Shown: piece by piece, positions 41,743 to 46,745 of the stretch
Layout: each line of letters begins with the position of its first letter
Numbering within the stretch: the stretch's first letter is position 1
Program-made: the position numbers and the translations under genes
The notes under the pieces: model-generated
Told to the model about the DNA's origin: nothing
The model's database searches: none
Seen by the model: only the letters and a program-made list of their open reading frames with translations
Assembly (NCBI GenBank): GCA_034408875.1
Contig: JAWXCJ010000011.1
Span: forward strand, 1 to 46,745
DNA: 46,745 nucleotides
Reading direction: 5' to 3'
Source: Actinomycetota bacterium
GTDB lineage: Bacteria; Actinomycetota; Acidimicrobiia; IMCC26256; PALSA-610

Positions 41743-42812
41743 TTCGATACCCCCGTTCGCGGCACGACCATGACCTTGGCCGCGAGCTCGCCCTCGTGCA
41801 GGCTGATCGCGGCGCCGAGCAGCCCGTCGAGGGGCACGTCGTCGGCTTCGACGAGCACGTCGAGCGGCACCTTCCCCGACGCGAGCAGCGCGAGCGCACG
41901 CGGGAACCCGTCGTGGTCGTACACGTACGCGCCCGTGATGACGAGTTCGTTCAACAGAATGCGGTTGTTGTCGAACTTCGGACGCCGAATGCCCGCACCG
42001 ACGAGCACCAAGGTTCCGGCCCGCTTGAGCTGGGCCAGGCCGACTTCCATCGCCAGGTTGCTGCCCGAACACTCGAGCACCACGTCGAACGGTTCGTCGA
42101 CCATGTCGTGTGGCATCACGGGCGCCTGGAGTTCGTCAGGGTGCACCGCCCGCGCGCCGAGCCGTTCGCACAACGCGCGGCGCCGTTCGTGCGGCTCGCT
42201 CACGACGATGTCGTCGATTCCCTGCGCTTTCAACGCCGCGACCGACAGGAACCCGATCGGGCCGCCACCGGTGACGAGCCACCGGGTGCCGGGCCGGGCG
42301 CCACCGCCTTGGGTGATGCCGTGCAGCGCAACGGCCATCGGTTCAGTGAGCGCAGCGTGCTTCAACGCCAACCCGTCGGGAACCCGCAGCATGTGCGCGG
42401 CCCGCATCTTCTTGTAGCCCGCGAACGCACCCTGCCAGCCCCCGTCATCTCCATCGGCGTCGTCGGCGCCGACCCGACCGCGCTCGACACACAGCGACGT
42501 GCGGTCGGCAAGGCAGTACTCGCAACGTCCGCACTTGGGTGACGGCCCGCCGACGATCTCGTCGCCGACCTTCCACTCGGCGACGTCGCTTCCGACCGCG
42601 GCGACCGTGCCACTCCACTCGTGGCCTTCGATCGCACCTTCGCGACCACCCCACTCGACGAGGAAGTGCAGATCCGACCCGCAGATGCCGCAGTGGCTGA
42701 CCTCGACGAGGACTTCGTCGGCACCGAGCTCGGGGAGCGGGACGTCTTTGACCTCGACGGCGCGCAAGCCCATGAAGACGGCGGCCGGCATCGTGGCGGG
42801 GAGATCAGGCAT
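41739..42812 (-). CDS. zinc-dependent medium-chain alcohol/polyol dehydrogenase (threonine/sorbitol DH-like)
   Basis: Catalytic Zn motif SHCGICGSDLH...GHEWSG, structural Zn Cys cluster CGRCEYCLADRTSLC, and NAD fold VTGGGPIGFL. Confidence 0.9.
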   Translation of the reverse strand: MPDLPATMPAAVFMGLRAVEVKDVPLPELGADEVLVEVSHCGICGSDLHFLVEWGGREGAIEGHEWSGTVAAVGSDVAEWKVGDEIVGGPSPKCGRCEYCLADRTSLCVERGRVGADDADGDDGGWQGAFAGYKKMRAAHMLRVPDGLALKHAALTEPMAVALHGITQGGGARPGTRWLVTGGGPIGFLSVAALKAQGIDDIVVSEPHERRRALCERLGARAVHPDELQAPVMPHDMVDEPFDVVLECSGSNLAMEVGLAQLKRAGTLVLVGAGIRRPKFDNNRILLNELVITGAYVYDHDGFPRALALLASGKVPLDVLVEADDVPLDGLLGAAISLHEGELAAKVMVVPRTGVSK

Positions 42813-42920
42813 TCAGAAAGGCTCCCTCTCTGCGCCGTCCGTGGCTCCGCTGCGTCCGCACATGACCTGCAGCGTCGCCCGTACCTAACACGCACGTCAA
42901 GGTTCGACCGTGACCAGGAA

Positions 42921-43412
42921 TTACTCGACCGCCGACAGGTCGACCACGTCGATGCCGCACGGCTTCCAAGATCCGCCCTCTTCGAGCATCCGGATCTCGA
43001 GCGTGAACTCGGAATCTGGCCCGCGCACCGTGTAGCGCACCCGAGTGAAGCGGTCGCCGTCGGAATGCCGCTTCGTGTTCCGCCAGATGTGCGCCAGCGT
43101 CTCTTCACCCTCGCGCTCGCGGAAGTACTCGTCGAAGCCGGTCCAGTCGCTCGGCGCCTCGCCGGCGACAACCTCGGTGCACATGGATGCGGTCGCGGAT
43201 TCGTACTCGTGGGCGAGGACCAGCTCGACAAAGGGGTCGGCCGCGCGTTTCGCCGCGCCGGGCTCGTCGAGCTTGGTCGCGACAAATCCCGAACCGAGCG
43301 CGGCGACCGCCAGGCCGGCGACCATCGCGCCCATGATCAGCGGCCGCAACCGGTTGCGGCGCGGCGCGTCCGAACCGCTCCGGGGCCGGAGTCCGGGAAA
43401 GCCCAACTGCAT
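42921..43412 (-). CDS. hypothetical membrane-anchored protein
   Basis: Basic N-terminus, one TM span (LIMGAMVAGLAVAALGSGFVA), then a ~120-aa soluble domain. ATG at 43412; the upstream ORF extension overlaps the divergent gene and is rejected. Confidence 0.5.
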   Translation of the reverse strand: MQLGFPGLRPRSGSDAPRRNRLRPLIMGAMVAGLAVAALGSGFVATKLDEPGAAKRAADPFVELVLAHEYESATASMCTEVVAGEAPSDWTGFDEYFREREGEETLAHIWRNTKRHSDGDRFTRVRYTVRGPDSEFTLEIRMLEEGGSWKPCGIDVVDLSAVE

Positions 43413-43470
43413 GGCTCTTCCTCGGCATGGGGACGGGGCCCTGAAGGCGCCCGTGCGCGAGACTGCGCCC

Positions 43471-45147
43471 ATGGCTGACCTCGTCATTCGTGGTGGAACC
43501 GTGGTCGACGGCACGGGGGCGCCCGGGCGCCGGGCCGACGTGGCCGTCACCGACGGCGTGATCACCGAAATCGATGACCGCATCAGCGGTGCCGATGTCG
43601 GAGGAGCGAGGGAGCTCGACGCCGCCGGACACGTCGTCGCGCCGGGCTTCGTCGACATCCACACCCACTACGACGCCCAGGTGTTCTGGGACCCGGCCCT
43701 CACGCCGTCGTCATGGCACGGCGTCACCTCGGTGGTTGCCGGCAACTGCGGCTTCTCCATCGCGCCGGTACGCGCGCAGGACCGCGAGCTCCTGGTGCGA
43801 ACGTTGATGCACGTCGAGGACATGAGCCCCGCCACGCTGACCGTCGGTGTGCCGTGGGACGCGTTCGAGACCTTCCCGCAGTACCTCGACGCCGTCGAAC
43901 GGCAGGGCACGTTGCTCAACTACGCGTGCTACGTCGGCCACACCGCCGTACGCATCTACGTGATGGGCGAAGCGGGCTACGAGCGCGAAGCAACCGACGA
44001 CGAGATACGCGGCATGCAAGCCGTCGTCGCGGATGCGATGGCCGCGGGTGCGGCCGGGTTCGCGACGTCGTCGTCGGCCACCCACAACGGCGACCAGGGC
44101 CGGCCGGTGCCGTCGCGTATCGCGGGCCTCGAAGAACTGACTGCGTTGCTCGAACCGTTGCGCGACGCGGGGAAGGGCGTGGCGGCGCTGCTTCCCAGCG
44201 AGAAGATCAAGCACGCCGACGTCTATGGCATTCAGCAGGCCATCGGGCGACCGCTCACGTGGACGGCGCTGCTCACGGTGAAGGACTTCCCGTGGCACGA
44301 AAAGATCATGGCAGACAACACCGCGGCCCGAGCCGAGGGCATCGAGGTTTGGCCGCAGGTTTCGTGCCGGCCGCTCGTGTTCCAGATGAACCTACGCGAG
44401 CCGTTCACGCTCAACATGCGGCCCTCGTTCAAGAAGCTGATGGACCGCTCCCACGAGGAGCGCATGGCCGCGTACCGCGACCCCGCGTGGCGCACGCAGG
44501 CCGGTGACGAGCTCGAAGGGCGCGGCGGCTTGCAGATGAACTTCGACTCGCTGTCGGTCGCCGAGTCGGAAGCACGTCCCGACCTCGTCGGTCGCAAGGT
44601 CACCGACATTGCCGCCGAACTCGGCGTGACACCCCTCGACGCGATGCTCGACATCTCGCTCGCCGAGAACCTCGACACCAGGTTCTACAGCGTGCTCGCG
44701 AACAACGACCCCGAGGCAATCGCGTGGTTGCTCCCGCAGGACACGGTGCTGCTCGGGCTCGCCGACTCGGGCGCGCACGTGAGCCAGCTGTGCGACGCGT
44801 GCTTCGCCACCGACCTGCTCGGCAACTGGGTACGCGACAAAGAGGTAATGCCGATCGAGAAGGCGATCTACAAGCTCAGCGGCGAACCCGCGGGCGTGTT
44901 CGGATTCACCGACCGCGGCACGATCGAGGTGGGCAAGGCCGCCGACCTATGCGTGTTCGACGCCGACACCGTCGCGCCCGGTCCCCTGCGCCGCATCCGC
45001 GACTTCCCCGCCGACGGTGAGCGCCTCGTCGCCGACCAGCCGGTCGGCATGCGCCACGGCCTCGTCAACGGCACGGTCATTCGCGAAGACGACAAGCCGG
45101 TCGTCGGCGCGCTGGACGCCCGACCCGGGCGCGTCCTGCGGTCCTGA
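43471..45147 (+). CDS. N-acyl-D-amino-acid deacylase (D-aminoacylase) family amidohydrolase
   Basis: MADLVIRGGTVVDGTG..., metal motif APGFVDIHTHYD, GVTSVVAGNCG and the C-terminal ..ADLCVFDADTV.. block. It is the 3' part of ORF 43045-45147. Confidence 0.85.
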   Translation: MADLVIRGGTVVDGTGAPGRRADVAVTDGVITEIDDRISGADVGGARELDAAGHVVAPGFVDIHTHYDAQVFWDPALTPSSWHGVTSVVAGNCGFSIAPVRAQDRELLVRTLMHVEDMSPATLTVGVPWDAFETFPQYLDAVERQGTLLNYACYVGHTAVRIYVMGEAGYEREATDDEIRGMQAVVADAMAAGAAGFATSSSATHNGDQGRPVPSRIAGLEELTALLEPLRDAGKGVAALLPSEKIKHADVYGIQQAIGRPLTWTALLTVKDFPWHEKIMADNTAARAEGIEVWPQVSCRPLVFQMNLREPFTLNMRPSFKKLMDRSHEERMAAYRDPAWRTQAGDELEGRGGLQMNFDSLSVAESEARPDLVGRKVTDIAAELGVTPLDAMLDISLAENLDTRFYSVLANNDPEAIAWLLPQDTVLLGLADSGAHVSQLCDACFATDLLGNWVRDKEVMPIEKAIYKLSGEPAGVFGFTDRGTIEVGKAADLCVFDADTVAPGPLRRIRDFPADGERLVADQPVGMRHGLVNGTVIREDDKPVVGALDARPGRVLRS

Positions 45148-46131
45148 TCAGCTCGCCGGCGTGAGCGAACCGAGCTCTTCGCCATCGGCGCCGTAGGCGC
45201 GCACGTTCTCGGGGGCGGCTTCGTCGAGTCCGCTGTCGAGCCACCACACCCGCAGCGTGGAATCAGGAACCGCGATCAACGCCGCGTCGGCCGTCGAGCC
45301 GTCGACCTGCGTCACGGCGACCCGGGCGACATCCGGCAGCGCGAAGCCGTAGATCACCGAACCGACTTGGGCCCCGGTGCCGAGCACGCCGGCCATCTCG
45401 ACCGGGTCACACGGTGTCGCGGGGACGAGCGCCGCGCACGGCAGTCCGGCCTGGACGTCGACCGCGATCCCGTTCGTCATGAACTGGCCGTGCTCCCACT
45501 GCAACGACTGCACGACCAGCGGCAGGGCGCCGGTCCACTCGCCCTCGACCAGGCGCACGCCGCGCGCCACCTGCAGCAACTCGTCTTCGGTGACAGCCTG
45601 GGTGCCCTCGACCGTGATCCAGATGTTCGGGCTCGCCTCCCAGCGCACACCGCGGAAGTCGATGAGGTCGACCGGGTCGAGCACGCCCTCGACACCGCCG
45701 ATGTCCACCGGAGTCCCGCCGCCGAGTCCGACGAACTCCATGTTGCGGTGCACCGTGACCTGCACCAGCTGTTCACCCTCGCCTGCGTACTGCAACGTGG
45801 TCTCGCCGTCGATCCGCTCGCAGAGGACACCGTCGTCGGTGTCCGTCCACACCCCGCACGCCACGACATTCGAGTACGGGTCTTGCTGCGCGCCGAGACC
45901 GTCGATCATGACCGTCGCTTCGGCATCGACGAACGCGCCCGGCGCAATGTCGACGACATACGGCCCGGCCGCGACATCGGGCGTCTCGGTTCCGTCGCGC
46001 ATGACGACGACACCGAGTCCGACTGCGACGACAACGGCGGCCGCGGCCGCGAGCCCGGTGACCAGAGAGGGACGGCGCGCACTCGGCAGGTACGCAACGG
46101 TCGCGGTCTCGTCGAAATCGCGTTGCGTCAC
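45148..46131 (-). CDS. single-pass membrane protein downstream of the ECF sigma factor (anti-sigma/partner-like); the 5' end appears interrupted
   Basis: Short cytoplasmic N-terminus, a TM span (LVTGLAAAAAVVVAVGLGVVV), and a ~270-aa extracytoplasmic domain. An in-frame upstream ATG (46188) with a GGAGG Shine-Dalgarno is separated from this ORF by a single TAA (46150-46152). Confidence 0.55.
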   Translation of the reverse strand: MTQRDFDETATVAYLPSARRPSLVTGLAAAAAVVVAVGLGVVVMRDGTETPDVAAGPYVVDIAPGAFVDAEATVMIDGLGAQQDPYSNVVACGVWTDTDDGVLCERIDGETTLQYAGEGEQLVQVTVHRNMEFVGLGGGTPVDIGGVEGVLDPVDLIDFRGVRWEASPNIWITVEGTQAVTEDELLQVARGVRLVEGEWTGALPLVVQSLQWEHGQFMTNGIAVDVQAGLPCAALVPATPCDPVEMAGVLGTGAQVGSVIYGFALPDVARVAVTQVDGSTADAALIAVPDSTLRVWWLDSGLDEAAPENVRAYGADGEELGSLTPAS

Positions 46132-46282
46132 CGTCGTACGCTCGGCGCGTTACGCGAACGCGTCGCGGAGTGCGGTTTCGATGTTCATGCGGCTGCGACC
46201 TCCGACGCTCCATCGCAGCTGAGCACGCCCGCTGCCGTCACACCGCGCCTGCGGATCTGCGCCTTGCTATCCGGAGGCGTGG

Positions 46283-46711
46283 TCACTGTTCGATCTCCTG
46301 TCGGAGCCGGGCGAGGCCCCGTGCGGCCAACGACTTGACGGTGCCGGGTCGAATGTCGAGCGCCGCCGCGATGTCGGCTTCGCTGAGATCCTCGTAGTAC
46401 CGGAGCACCACCACTGCCTTCTGCTTGTAGGGAAGCTGGTCGACCCGTTCGAGCAGGTCGTCACGCAGGTCGATGACAAGGCCGTCGGAACCGGCATGGG
46501 CGCGGGCAATGCGAGCCGTCTCTCTCGTCCGGCTGCGGTGCCAGGACCGGCACGCGTTGACGACGGTCTTGCGCAGGTACGCAGCCGGGTTGTCGAGGCC
46601 GGTGAGGACGTGCGCGAGGCGCACGGTCGCGGCCCACTGCGCCCGGTAGAAGGCGTCGAAATCCGTTTCCGCCTCCCCCGGCGCCCGTCCCGCCAACACA
46701 CCCGCTGTCAC
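46283..46711 (-). CDS. ECF-type (SigE-family-like) RNA polymerase sigma factor; the frame stays open to the window edge
   Basis: Region 4 HTH VVVLRYYEDLSEADIAAALDIRPGTVKSLAARGLARLR and region 2.4-like NPAAYLRKTVVNACRSWHRS. The reading frame has no stop between 46711 and 46745, so the true start may lie outside the window. Confidence 0.7.
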   Translation of the reverse strand: MTAGVLAGRAPGEAETDFDAFYRAQWAATVRLAHVLTGLDNPAAYLRKTVVNACRSWHRSRTRETARIARAHAGSDGLVIDLRDDLLERVDQLPYKQKAVVVLRYYEDLSEADIAAALDIRPGTVKSLAARGLARLRQEIEQ

Positions 46712-46745
46712 TTCTTCACGACGCCGCCCGGAAGGAGTCGGTTCC

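Noticed and set aside
45145-45150. TGATCA, where the stop codons of two convergent genes abut; considered as a regulatory palindrome.
   Set aside because: It is simply two adjacent stop codons (TGA on each strand). A 6-bp palindrome has no statistical weight.
1-46745. Searched by eye for CRISPR repeats, rRNA/tRNA genes, toxin-antitoxin pairs, restriction-modification or other defence genes, and mobile-element genes.
   Set aside because: No regularly spaced direct repeats were found, and no non-coding gap is longer than about 170 nt. No ORF had nuclease, integrase, transposase or methylase-endonuclease motifs that I could recognise. The single methyltransferase (19037-19834) is a small-molecule/glycan type, embedded in the glycan operon.

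Overview
High-GC (by eye about two-thirds G+C; not computed) actinobacterial-type chromosomal segment. It is almost gap-free, and many 1-4 nt start/stop overlaps (ATGA, GTGA, TGATG) define long operons. I found no rRNA, tRNA, CRISPR array, integrase, transposase or phage genes. Layout: (1) 1-2190, small-molecule metabolism: crotonase fragment, small membrane protein, D-2-hydroxyacid dehydrogenase, class II aldolase. (2) 2255-2531, a decayed O-methyltransferase remnant. (3) 2605-9074, a Liv/HAAT-type ABC importer made of two unusual fusion proteins (MFS-LivF and LivH-LivM-LivG) plus a lipoprotein binding protein. (4) 9265-40269, a very large cell-envelope glycan locus. It holds an ABC-F ATPase, a redoxin interrupted by an in-frame TGA, an amidase, a ~1480-aa AftD-like GT-C enzyme, a GT4, a methyltransferase and a Ppm1-like polyprenyl-P-sugar synthase. 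It also holds four ArnT/GT39-like paralogues (one frameshifted), a GNAT plus DUF3473-type deacetylase, an HpaB-family flavoenzyme, a GT2/DUF2304/DUF2142 cassette, three tandem acyltransferase-3 genes, an FAD oxidoreductase and a PIG-V-like membrane protein. (5) 40289-42812, a Zn-ADH / VOC / F420-type LLM redox trio at the head of the same minus-strand operon as three of the GT-C genes. (6) 42921-46745, a hypothetical membrane protein, a D-aminoacylase, and an apparently decaying ECF sigma / membrane partner pair. Most noteworthy: a probable selenocysteine-containing ResA/TlpA-like redoxin (WASW-U-GC) that the ORF track splits in two; the MFS-LivF fusion; a conserved palindromic element present twice with a compensatory stem change; a shared TGAC-N6-GTCA palindrome in three promoter regions; and the exceptional density of lipid-carrier-dependent membrane glycosyltransferases, which points to an uncharacterised extracytoplasmic glycan pathway. 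All functional calls come from reading motifs in the translations. No database search was possible.
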